Made by a program: the position numbers and the translations under genes | Origin: Aulosira sp. ZfuVER01 | GTDB taxonomy: Bacteria; Cyanobacteriota; Cyanobacteriia; Cyanobacteriales; Nostocaceae | Assembly (NCBI GenBank): GCA_034530615.2 | Contig: JAVRCV020000004.1 | Coordinates: forward strand, 130,389-194,388 | DNA length: 64,000 nucleotides | Reading direction: 5' to 3' | Notes under the pieces: generated by a model | Database searches by the model: none | Told to the model about the DNA's origin: nothing | The model's input: only the letters and a program-made list of their open reading frames with translations | Shown: positions 47,105 through 56,328 of the stretch, in pieces | Layout of the letters: the number at the start of each line of letters is the position of its first letter | Position numbering within the stretch: position 1 is the first letter of the stretch

Positions 47105-48748
47105 ATGGCCAAACCCAAGAAAAAATCTCAAAAATCAAAAAAGCGATCGCAATCCGAAACACCTACCCTTACCCTAAAAGAACGGTTAGCCCAAAAACGC
47201 AAAGCCACCCTAGCACGCAAAGAATTCACAAGTTTATTTACCGCCGCCACCTTTGGTGGTGTCTTCTTAGGCATCATATTGTTTTTTGTAGCTGGAATTA
47301 AACTAGCAGTTCCAGCTGCTTTAGCAATTCCCATCTTTTCTCTATCTTCCAAATACCCCCGCCAAGCCCTATTTGCCTTTCTAATTTACGTCCCCTTGGG
47401 GGGTACTATCACTTACTACCTCGGTAATAGTCCCATACTGCAATTAGCTAAGGACGCTTTTTACATTCCAGCCCTAATTGGACTTTGGCAAAATTGTCGT
47501 AAGCAGGGATTACCTTTCATTCTTCCTCAAGCAATTAAAACCCCACTCTTGATTTTATTAGCATCGTGCTTACTAACACTGGTGTTTATCAATGGCGGGC
47601 AGCAGTTAAACCCACCTAAAGTAGGATTGCTAGAACAAGCACCAAATGAATTTCCTATAGGTTTGGGCATTCTAGGATTAAAAGTATTTTTAGGTTATTT
47701 ACCTCTAATTACCTGTGCTTATTATTTAATTCGCAATCAAAAAGATTTTCTATTTTTATCGCGCTTACAAGTTGTCCTAACTCTTATTTGTTGTGTCCTA
47801 GGATTTATTCAATACTTCTTATTACTAACTGGTGTCTGCCAAGGTACTAGAGGTCTGGAAGGAGATGCCTTATTTAGAGCAACATTAGAGGCACGGTGTT
47901 ATTTCGGTGGTTCCCTATTATATAGTCCAGAAGAAGGAGTAATTCGCCTACCAGGAACCTTTGTAGCCCCTTGGCAATGGGCATGGTTTTTAATTGCTAG
48001 TACCTTTTTTACTTTTGCTACTGGCTTCAGCGATCCTTCTATTATTTGGCGGTTTATTAGTTTAGGTTCGTTAGCATCAGTTTTTATTAATGCTGTAATT
48101 TCTGGGCAAAGAATTGCCCTAGCTTTAGTACCAGTCTGCTTCGTAATTTTGTTATTTCTCACAGGTCAAATTGCCAACCTTAAACGTTTTATTCCGATTG
48201 GTGTAGGACTGGCTGTGATTCTAGGAATTGCCATGATTACCAATCCTACTGTAGTGCAAGAAAGAACGGAGAGTTTTACTGGTCGCTGGGAAGCTTCACC
48301 ACCCCAAGATTTTATCGTTCAGCAATTTGAAGAAAACTGGAAAAATGTTGATGGGCCTTTAGGAAGTGGTTTAGGAAGAGCTACTAATTCTGCTCGTTCG
48401 ATGGGTTCAACCAAACTGGTGGAAACATACTACCCTAAAGTACTGTTTGAAGTAGGAATTTGTGGATTAATCGGTTTCTTAGTTTTAGTCACCACCCTCA
48501 CAAAAACTGGTTTTAAGACTTATCGCTCCTTAAAAAACCGTAATTTCCGAATCTATGGAGCTTCTTTGTGGGTTTTTATCTTGTTTATTAGCTATAACAC
48601 CTACTATTACCCTCTCGATGTCGATCCTGTGGCTGTTTATTACTGGTTTTTTGCAGGCGTTCTGTTTAAATTACCAGTACTAGAACAACAAGAAAAGGAC
48701 AATATGAAAGTGGAGCAGGAAGTAAATAAAAAGCGTACTCTGAGATGA
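47105..48748 (+). CDS. hpsL: hormogonium polysaccharide biosynthesis membrane protein HpsL (O-antigen ligase/polymerase-like)
   Basis: basic N-terminus, many TMs, IRLPGTFVAPWQW, GSGLGRAT, YNTYYYPLDVDP; heads the GT cluster. Confidence 0.8.
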   Translation: MAKPKKKSQKSKKRSQSETPTLTLKERLAQKRKATLARKEFTSLFTAATFGGVFLGIILFFVAGIKLAVPAALAIPIFSLSSKYPRQALFAFLIYVPLGGTITYYLGNSPILQLAKDAFYIPALIGLWQNCRKQGLPFILPQAIKTPLLILLASCLLTLVFINGGQQLNPPKVGLLEQAPNEFPIGLGILGLKVFLGYLPLITCAYYLIRNQKDFLFLSRLQVVLTLICCVLGFIQYFLLLTGVCQGTRGLEGDALFRATLEARCYFGGSLLYSPEEGVIRLPGTFVAPWQWAWFLIASTFFTFATGFSDPSIIWRFISLGSLASVFINAVISGQRIALALVPVCFVILLFLTGQIANLKRFIPIGVGLAVILGIAMITNPTVVQERTESFTGRWEASPPQDFIVQQFEENWKNVDGPLGSGLGRATNSARSMGSTKLVETYYPKVLFEVGICGLIGFLVLVTTLTKTGFKTYRSLKNRNFRIYGASLWVFILFISYNTYYYPLDVDPVAVYYWFFAGVLFKLPVLEQQEKDNMKVEQEVNKKRTLR

Positions 48749-48944
48749 AGAATTAACTGAATATCAGATACAAATAGAAGACTCCCGTAAACTCTCGGAG
48801 GGCAAATCCTGAATTTTAGACTAGGCTATATTCAGTGTCGAAATTATATCTTTAGCTTAATAAAGTGTGCTTTTGGCTATTATAAAAATTCGCCAGTTAG
48901 GGACACATATTTTTGTACCCTTACAACTAAAATAACTATTATAT

Positions 48945-50072
48945 ATGATTCAAAATCAACCTCTAGAATATCAGAGGAGATTCAATTGGATTGACCAGAC
49001 AAAAGGTTTAGCAATCTTCGCAATTCTGGTATTTCATTTTTTTCAAAATTATCCAGAACGCATACAATTGATTTCCATCTTAGACCGAAATCTGGCCAAG
49101 CTGGGATATGCGGCTGTAGATATATTTTTTGTTATGGCTGGTTTTAATACAAGTTACAGCCTATTTTCTAAACTAATTAAATCCAAATCAAATGATTTTA
49201 AAATAAATTGGCGATCGTGGCTTACCAAAAGATTGCTAAGAATCTACCCAGCATATATATTAGCTGTTATATTAAGTTGTTTACTTTATTATTTATTCTC
49301 TACTTTTAAGATTAAATCTTCTACTAATTTTATTTTAACGTGTTTAGGTATAGCAGGAATTAAGTTCCAAGCTATCAATCCAGGATTTTGGTTTTTCACT
49401 GTTATCTTAGAAGCTTATATATTTACTCCTTTAATATTTTATATTTGTCGTAATCGACCAAAAAAAATACTTTGGCTAGGCTTGATATTTGCCATTTTAA
49501 CAAAGTTTATATCTATATACTTTTTGCAAAAAAATAATATTCCTAATTACTTGTTCTTTTTACAAAACAATTTTTTAGGTAGCTATATATTTCAGTTCTG
49601 TCTGGGAATTTATTGGGGATATATTTATGCAGAAAAACAAGCTTTTAGAAAAATAGATTTTATCATATCGACTATTGTATTTAGTCTGGGGCTGGCTTTT
49701 TACCTTGTTTTGGGTATTACAAAAATAAATATTATCTATATGCTAGGCTTTGATATCTTATTTACTCCCTTCTTTTTTTGGGGTATCCAAGCATTATTAT
49801 CTCGTTTAGATAAAATAGCTAAACTAGAATGGATTTTAAGTTTTACTTCAATGCTAGGAATTTATTCCTACCAAATTTATTTAATTCATCAACCTTTGTA
49901 TTTTGTATTTTTGCCAAAATTCAATAATAGTTTACAAGCTAATGTTTATTTAAAAATCATGCTGTCGTTAGTATTGCTAACTATTTTATTGGCAATTTAT
50001 ACATTTTTATTCACTAAATTAGAAAAACTAGTTACAAGCAAACTCCTAACTGTCATAAGTAAATCAAAATAA
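48945..50072 (+). CDS. acyltransferase-3 family (polysaccharide O-acyltransferase)
   Basis: IDQTKGLAI..FH, VDIFFVMAGF, KRLLRIYP, FWF, YSYQIYLIH; AT-rich. Confidence 0.88.
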   Translation: MIQNQPLEYQRRFNWIDQTKGLAIFAILVFHFFQNYPERIQLISILDRNLAKLGYAAVDIFFVMAGFNTSYSLFSKLIKSKSNDFKINWRSWLTKRLLRIYPAYILAVILSCLLYYLFSTFKIKSSTNFILTCLGIAGIKFQAINPGFWFFTVILEAYIFTPLIFYICRNRPKKILWLGLIFAILTKFISIYFLQKNNIPNYLFFLQNNFLGSYIFQFCLGIYWGYIYAEKQAFRKIDFIISTIVFSLGLAFYLVLGITKINIIYMLGFDILFTPFFFWGIQALLSRLDKIAKLEWILSFTSMLGIYSYQIYLIHQPLYFVFLPKFNNSLQANVYLKIMLSLVLLTILLAIYTFLFTKLEKLVTSKLLTVISKSK

Positions 50073-50114
50073 GCTGCCATCAAACTATATTTAATAAAGC
50101 TAAGAGAGATAAAA

Positions 50115-51275
50115 ATGGTCAAGGTAATTGTAGCAGGAGAGAAACATCTTAGTATACCTAATTTACCTCGTAATTCTAGGCATACATTAATCCGTCCTAA
50201 ACCATTTCCTACAGGAAGGTATCCATTAGAAAGACTTTGGTATCCCTTCAGCAGCTTTAATTCTTGGCAACCTTTTTGGAAAGCGTCTCACGTTCTTCAT
50301 GCCTTTAATAATATTCAGTATACAAATAAACCTTGGTTTGTAACTTTTGAAGATCATAGATTTTTATATAGAAATCCTAAAAATAACATTGAAGAAATAA
50401 CATATAAAATATTGAATGGGCGTTTGGCATTAGATAATTGCCAGAAACTAATAGCTATATCAGATTATGCCAAGCTGAGATTGATCAAGCGAATAGAAGA
50501 TTGGACTATTCTAGATAAAGTAAAAGATAAGTTAGTGGTTATTAATCCAAACTTTGCTGTCAGAGCTACTCAACCCAAAACATATACAGAAAGTGAACCT
50601 ATTCAGTTGGTATTTGTAGGTAATCATTTAGCCAGAAAAGGAGGAATTGTTGCTTTAAGACTGGCGAAAAAAGCAGAAAAGTTGGGCTTACCTATTAATA
50701 TAAATATAATTTCTGGACTAAAACATGGTCCAGGAGTACCTACTGATTTTCCCGATCGGTCTAAATATGCAGAAGATTTAAAATTACTAGATTTAAAGAA
50801 TGTGACATTATATCAACATCTGCCTAACGAACAAGTTTTACAGTTGTTAGCGCAAAGTCATTTTCAAATCTTGGCTACATTACATGATACCTATGGCTAT
50901 AGTGTCATCGAAAGTTTTTCAGTGGCTACTCCTGTGATTACTACTAATATCTGTGCCCTACCAGAATTTGTTCATCATGGAGAAAATGGATATCACTTAG
51001 AATTACCACTAAATGAATTACGTCATTGGAGTAATTGGATGCATGGAGAAAAGACTAAAACTGATGAATATTGGGATATTGTTAATAGCACCTATGATTA
51101 TCTAGCAGAGGAATCACTACAAAAAATCTTACAATTTCTTGATAGAGCCGATAAACAAGAACACTATGAATACTTAAGTGCAGGTGCTTTAACTCAAATG
51201 AAAAACTTTCATGATTCAGAAAAACACAATGAGTACTTTGACAATCTTTATGCAGAAGCAGCAAAGTTAAACTGA
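50115..51275 (+). CDS. GT4-family glycosyltransferase
   Basis: FVGNHLARKGG, DTYGYSVIES (DX7E variant), ALPEFV..GENG; AT-rich. Confidence 0.85.
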   Translation: MVKVIVAGEKHLSIPNLPRNSRHTLIRPKPFPTGRYPLERLWYPFSSFNSWQPFWKASHVLHAFNNIQYTNKPWFVTFEDHRFLYRNPKNNIEEITYKILNGRLALDNCQKLIAISDYAKLRLIKRIEDWTILDKVKDKLVVINPNFAVRATQPKTYTESEPIQLVFVGNHLARKGGIVALRLAKKAEKLGLPININIISGLKHGPGVPTDFPDRSKYAEDLKLLDLKNVTLYQHLPNEQVLQLLAQSHFQILATLHDTYGYSVIESFSVATPVITTNICALPEFVHHGENGYHLELPLNELRHWSNWMHGEKTKTDEYWDIVNSTYDYLAEESLQKILQFLDRADKQEHYEYLSAGALTQMKNFHDSEKHNEYFDNLYAEAAKLN

Positions 51276-51320
51276 ATTTTCTGATTTATCAAGTAGACAA
51301 ATATTTTTATATAGAAAACT

Positions 51321-52301
51321 ATGAATAATTCACCTTTAATTTCTGTAGTTATCCCTACCTATTATCGGGAAGAAGCCCTACGAGATAGTCTGGTAGATGT
51401 TTTGAAACAGGATTATCCGAATTTTGAAGTGATAGTGGTTGACCAAACCCCAAAACATCAACCAGAAATTCAAGCCTATCTGGAAGAACAGGCAACAGCA
51501 GGTAAGATTAAATGGTTTCGCTTAGACTGGGCGAGTTTACCAGGCGCACGTAATTATGGGGTGCGACGGTCAGAGGGTGAAATAATTTTATTTATTGATG
51601 ATGATGTTCAATTAACACCTGGTTTTTTATCAGCCCATGCGAAAAACTATTTGCACAATCCAGAAGTGGGGGCTGTTGCTGGACGAGTATTTGACAGAAT
51701 GAAATTAGGGGATTCTGGGGGAGAGTTGGAAATTGAATATCTTCCTCCGCAAGCGATGGACCCAGGAATTGCTTGGTATCACATAGATTTAGTTCATACT
51801 ATCAAACCCCAGCAAGTGCTAACAGCTAGGGGTTGTAATATGTCCTTTCGCAGCGAAATTTTTACCAAGCATGGACTGAAATTTGATGAACGTTTTCGCG
51901 GTAGTGCGGTACGCGAAGAATCAGACTTTTGTTTGCGGTTGCGACAGACGGGATATAAGATTTGGTACGACCCAGAGGCTGATTTAGTGCATTTAGGTGA
52001 AGAAACAGGCGGTTGTCATGATGTGAGTATGCGATCGCTCAAATATCAACTCACTTTTTACCACAACCATTTCTTACTAGGGCTGAAAAACCTCACTGTT
52101 ACCCAAGCTTTACGCCTCTACGCCCGTTTATTCGATTGTCACGTCCTGGGAAGACCTCCTTGCCATAAAAGCGGTTCTCCGATCAAAATCGTGACTCGCG
52201 GCTTTTTCTATATTTTGGGTTTTCTCAAAGCTTTAGGTACTGTCATTCAATCAATATGGAATGATGGACAAATTTATAGTCGTCTCGATCGAGAATTTTA
52301 G
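51321..52301 (+). CDS. hpsN: GT2 glycosyltransferase, HpsN-like
   Basis: SVVIPTY, ARNYG, FIDDD, GCNMSFR, REESDF; position in hps locus. Confidence 0.8.
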   Translation: MNNSPLISVVIPTYYREEALRDSLVDVLKQDYPNFEVIVVDQTPKHQPEIQAYLEEQATAGKIKWFRLDWASLPGARNYGVRRSEGEIILFIDDDVQLTPGFLSAHAKNYLHNPEVGAVAGRVFDRMKLGDSGGELEIEYLPPQAMDPGIAWYHIDLVHTIKPQQVLTARGCNMSFRSEIFTKHGLKFDERFRGSAVREESDFCLRLRQTGYKIWYDPEADLVHLGEETGGCHDVSMRSLKYQLTFYHNHFLLGLKNLTVTQALRLYARLFDCHVLGRPPCHKSGSPIKIVTRGFFYILGFLKALGTVIQSIWNDGQIYSRLDREF

Positions 52302-52427
52302 TAATTTCTTAGGTTTGATTCTCTGTATCTTAGTGTCTCTGTGTTTCAAAATTAATTTTTCCCCACAAAGGCACAAAGAAACTCTTTTTCTGAACTTATT
52401 AAATATTTAAAATTAATTAGATTAGCT

Positions 52428-53603
52428 ATGAGAATTTTAGTTGCTAGCCACACCTATATTGTAGATTTAAACTGTGAGAAATTACGCGCTTTATCTCAAC
52501 TAGAACCAGGAATTGAGGTGACGATTGTTGTCCCCAAACGCTGGCAACCTGGTGGTGTGCAAAACAAAATTATTGAAACTGCATACTGTGATGAAGGTTC
52601 ATTTAAAATAATCCCTATTTCTAACTTCAGTCAAAACCATCAAGGACTGCTAACATTTGGTGCTGATTTAATATCTTTGTTAAAGCAGTTTCGTCCCCAA
52701 ATTATTCAGGTGGAACAAGGTTCTAGGGGACTAGCGTATACCCAAATGATTGCTTTAAATCAACTCTTGGGTTTGAAGGCTAAAAATGTATTTTTTACAT
52801 GGTGGAACTTGCCATACGAACTTAAATTACCAGTTGCTTTATTAGAAAAATATAACCTTAGCCATAGCCACGGAATTATTTGTGGTAATCAGGATGGCGC
52901 CGAAATTTTACAACAGAAAGGATATAAAGGTTCAATTAAAGTAATGCCGCAGTTGGGTGTAGATGAGAGATTATTTACTCCCCAATCACAACCAGAATTA
53001 GCTAATAAGTTAGGAATTTTACCAACTGATTTTGTAGTCGGTTTTGTTGGCAGATTTGTTCAAGAGAAAGGTTTGCTAACACTTTTGCAAGCATTAATAA
53101 GCATAAAAGATAAACCTTGGAAGTTACTGCTGCTTGGGCGAGGAGAGTTATATACAGAATTACTTAAAATATCAGCAGAAAATGGTATTCAAGAACGAGT
53201 GATTGTCATTGAAAGTGTCCCACATAATGTAGTACCTCAGTACATCAATTTAATGCATACTTTAGTACTGCCATCAGAAACCACTTATAAATTTAAAACT
53301 TTAACTGCTATTGGCTGGAAAGAACAATTTGGCCATGTCCTCATTGAAGCGATGGCTTGTAAAGTGCCTGTGATTGGTTCTAATTCTGGTGAAATTCCCC
53401 ACGTAATTGGTGATGCTGGTTTAGTCTTTCCTGAAGGAGATAGCCAAGCTTTAGCTAATTGCTTAACTCAATTAATCGATAACCCAGAATTTGCTCAAAA
53501 TATAGGTGCAATGGGTTATCAAAAAGCAATGTCTAAATATACAAATAAAGCTTTAGCACAGCAACAATTAGATTTTTACAAAGAGCTTGTTAATAATCAT
53601 TAG
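52428..53603 (+). CDS. hpsO: GT4 glycosyltransferase, HpsO-like
   Basis: MRILVASHTYIVDLNCEKL, GRFVQEKG, EQFGHVLIEAMA. Confidence 0.82.
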   Translation: MRILVASHTYIVDLNCEKLRALSQLEPGIEVTIVVPKRWQPGGVQNKIIETAYCDEGSFKIIPISNFSQNHQGLLTFGADLISLLKQFRPQIIQVEQGSRGLAYTQMIALNQLLGLKAKNVFFTWWNLPYELKLPVALLEKYNLSHSHGIICGNQDGAEILQQKGYKGSIKVMPQLGVDERLFTPQSQPELANKLGILPTDFVVGFVGRFVQEKGLLTLLQALISIKDKPWKLLLLGRGELYTELLKISAENGIQERVIVIESVPHNVVPQYINLMHTLVLPSETTYKFKTLTAIGWKEQFGHVLIEAMACKVPVIGSNSGEIPHVIGDAGLVFPEGDSQALANCLTQLIDNPEFAQNIGAMGYQKAMSKYTNKALAQQQLDFYKELVNNH

Positions 53604-53656
53604 TCAATGGTCATTGGTTATCGGAAAAATAATAAAGGACAAAGGACAAATGACAA

Positions 53657-54868
53657 ATGGCAAATGACAAAAATCTGCGAATTCTCCATGTTGTACCCTC
53701 AATTTCTTTAATTTATGGTGGTCCCAGCCAAATGGTTTTAGGACTGGCTCCCGCCTTAGCAAAAGAGGGAGTAGAAGTTACAGTACTTACAACTGATAGT
53801 AATGGCGATACTGGACAAACACCACTGGATGTTCCCTTAAATTCTCCAGTCAAACAAGATGGTTATGAAATAATTTATTTCCGTTGTGCCCCATTTCGTC
53901 GCTATAAGTTTTCGCTAGATTTACTTAAGTGGCTAAAACGTCACGCCTGCGAATTTGATATTGCACATATTCATGCTTTATTTTCTCCTGTTAGTAGTGC
54001 GGCGGCAACTATCTGTCGGCAACAAAAATTACCTTATATTTTGCGTCCTTTGGGAACTCTTGACCCGGCTGATTTATGCAAGAAAAAGCTATTAAAAAAG
54101 CTTTATGTGGCAATTATTGAACGTCAAAATATAGCTGGTGCGTCTGCAATTCATTTTACTAGCGATCGAGAAGCAAAAATATCAGCAAGATTTGGGGTAT
54201 TTACGCAAGATTTAGTGCTTCCCTTGGGTGTAGTTCCTCCTCGTTTACCTATACAAAAACAAGAGAGTTCGGTACGCAATCAGTTGGGGATACCAAATGA
54301 TATACCTGTGATATTATTCATGTCGCGGATTGACCCGAAAAAAGGGTTGAATTTGTTGATTCCAGCATTAGAAAAACTTTTAGTATCTGGCTGTAATTTT
54401 CACTTTGTCTTAGCTGGGACAAATCCCCAAGATCCAGATTATGAACAAAACATCATCTCTCAAATTCAAAATTCTCCACTGCGATCGCACACTACAATTA
54501 CAGGCTTTGTCACAGGTGAGCTAAAAGCTAGTTTACTGCAAGCTGCTGATTTGTTTGTTTTGCCTTCGTATTACGAAAATTTTGGGATTGCTGTCGCTGA
54601 GGCGATGGTAGCCGGAATACCTGTGGTAATTTCCGACCAAGTGCATATTTGTCACCAGATACGTGAAAGTCAGTCGGGATGGGTAGGTGGATTAGATGTA
54701 CAAGTACTGGTAAATTTATTGCAAGAAGCGTTACAAAACCCCGAAGAGCGTCAAAGTCGGGGACTGAATGCCCAACAATATGCACTACAACATTACAGTT
54801 GGGATGCGATCGCTCGTCAAACTATCCTGGCATACAAACAAATCTTGCGATCGTCATCATGTATTTAA
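53657..54868 (+). CDS. hpsP: GT4 glycosyltransferase, HpsP-like
   Basis: SISLIYGGPSQMV, SRIDPKKG, ENFGIAVAEAM; start lies within a TGACAAA repeat. Confidence 0.82.
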   Translation: MANDKNLRILHVVPSISLIYGGPSQMVLGLAPALAKEGVEVTVLTTDSNGDTGQTPLDVPLNSPVKQDGYEIIYFRCAPFRRYKFSLDLLKWLKRHACEFDIAHIHALFSPVSSAAATICRQQKLPYILRPLGTLDPADLCKKKLLKKLYVAIIERQNIAGASAIHFTSDREAKISARFGVFTQDLVLPLGVVPPRLPIQKQESSVRNQLGIPNDIPVILFMSRIDPKKGLNLLIPALEKLLVSGCNFHFVLAGTNPQDPDYEQNIISQIQNSPLRSHTTITGFVTGELKASLLQAADLFVLPSYYENFGIAVAEAMVAGIPVVISDQVHICHQIRESQSGWVGGLDVQVLVNLLQEALQNPEERQSRGLNAQQYALQHYSWDAIARQTILAYKQILRSSSCI

Positions 54869-54996
54869 CTTCTTTAAGGGAAATTACGTAACATAAAATT
54901 TTTTTGCAAATCTCTTAAACCGATGGGAAAACCGGGTTTTTAAATGGCGATCGCATAGTAGAATACTTAATGCCTTCTAACTACAGGGAAGCTCTC

Positions 54997-55635
54997 ATGA
55001 CTCTCCGTCTCGGTGATACAGTACCCAACTTTACGCAAGCCTCTACACATGGCGACATAAATTTTTACGAATGGGCAGGTGACAGCTGGGTAGTGCTGTT
55101 TTCTCACCCTGCTGACTTTACACCTGTTTGCACGACTGAATTAGGCACAGTTGCCAAGCTGAAACCAGAATTTGACAAGCGCAATGTTAAAGCGATCGCC
55201 CTCAGCGTCGATGATGTAGAATCCCATAATGGATGGGTAGGCGATATCGAAGAAACCCAAAGCACAACTCTCAACTACCCAATTTTGGCAGATGCAGATC
55301 GTAAAGTTTCTGACCTTTACGATATGATCCACCCTAATGCCAACGCAGCTGTGACAGTGCGATCGGTTTTCGTTATTGACCCCAATAAAAAGCTACGTCT
55401 TAGCTTCACATACCCTCCCAGCACTGGACGCAACTTTGATGAACTGTTGCGAGTAATTGATTCTCTGCAACTGACTGATAATTACAGCGTGGCTACACCA
55501 GCTGACTGGAAAGATGGAGATGATGTGGTAATTGTCCCATCATTGAAAGATCCAGAAGTGCTGAAGCAGAAATTCCCCAAAGGCTACCAAGAAGTCAAAC
55601 CCTACTTGCGGATGACTCCTCAGCCTAACAAGTAA
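54997..55635 (+). CDS. 1-Cys peroxiredoxin (Prx6)
   Basis: FSHPADFTPVCTTE, YPPSTGRNFDE, VATPADW. Confidence 0.95.
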   Translation: MTLRLGDTVPNFTQASTHGDINFYEWAGDSWVVLFSHPADFTPVCTTELGTVAKLKPEFDKRNVKAIALSVDDVESHNGWVGDIEETQSTTLNYPILADADRKVSDLYDMIHPNANAAVTVRSVFVIDPNKKLRLSFTYPPSTGRNFDELLRVIDSLQLTDNYSVATPADWKDGDDVVIVPSLKDPEVLKQKFPKGYQEVKPYLRMTPQPNK

Positions 55636-55663
55636 GTCTGAAGAATTTCATCTAACTGTCTAG

Positions 55664-55703
55664 TGTAAAGGCGCGAAGATTAAACTTTGCGCCTTTATGT
55701 TTT
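55664..55703 (+). terminator. intrinsic terminator after peroxiredoxin
   Basis: TAAAGGCGCGAAG..CTTTGCGCCTTTA followed by a T-rich tract. Confidence 0.7.
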
Positions 55704-55742
55704 TGCGTGAGAATAAAGATAAAAGTTAGTCTGGTAAGCATT

Positions 55743-56327
55743 ATGCTTTCATCCCCCTTGGTGTTGCAAATTCCACCATCAATGCAAATGACAGACGAAC
55801 AATTCTTTGAATTCTGTCAGGTTAATCGCGATTTACGTATTGAGCGTAATAAATTAGGAGAAATCTCAATCATGTCACCGACTGGTGGAACAACAGGGAA
55901 CCTTGGAGGTAATATATTTGGGCAGTTATGGGTATGGTCAGAACAGGATGGTACTGGTATAACTTTTGATTCTAGTACTGGATTTAACCTATCAACTGGT
56001 GCAGAGCGATCGCCCGATGCATCTTGGATTAAATTAGAACGCTGGAATACTCTTTCAAGTGAAGAACAAGAAAGATTTGCTCCTATTTGTCCAGATTTTA
56101 TAGTTGAACTGAGATCCCCTAGTGATAACCTCCAACCTCTGAAAGAAAAAATGGAGGAATATATGAGAGAACCAGGGGTACAGTTAGGCTGGTTAATCGA
56201 TCGCAAACACCGTAAAGTTTATATTTATCGTCCTGGTTTACCAGAGGAATGTTTAGATAATCCTAATACTATAAGTGGCGATCCGGTGTTATCTGGATTT
56301 GTCTTGAATATGAGTAAAGTGTGGTGA
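55743..56327 (+). CDS. Uma2 (DUF820) family PD-(D/E)XK protein
   Basis: FDSSTGF, RSPDASW, CPDFIVELRSPSD, LGWLID. Confidence 0.93.
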   Translation: MLSSPLVLQIPPSMQMTDEQFFEFCQVNRDLRIERNKLGEISIMSPTGGTTGNLGGNIFGQLWVWSEQDGTGITFDSSTGFNLSTGAERSPDASWIKLERWNTLSSEEQERFAPICPDFIVELRSPSDNLQPLKEKMEEYMREPGVQLGWLIDRKHRKVYIYRPGLPEECLDNPNTISGDPVLSGFVLNMSKVW

Positions 56328-56328
56328 T

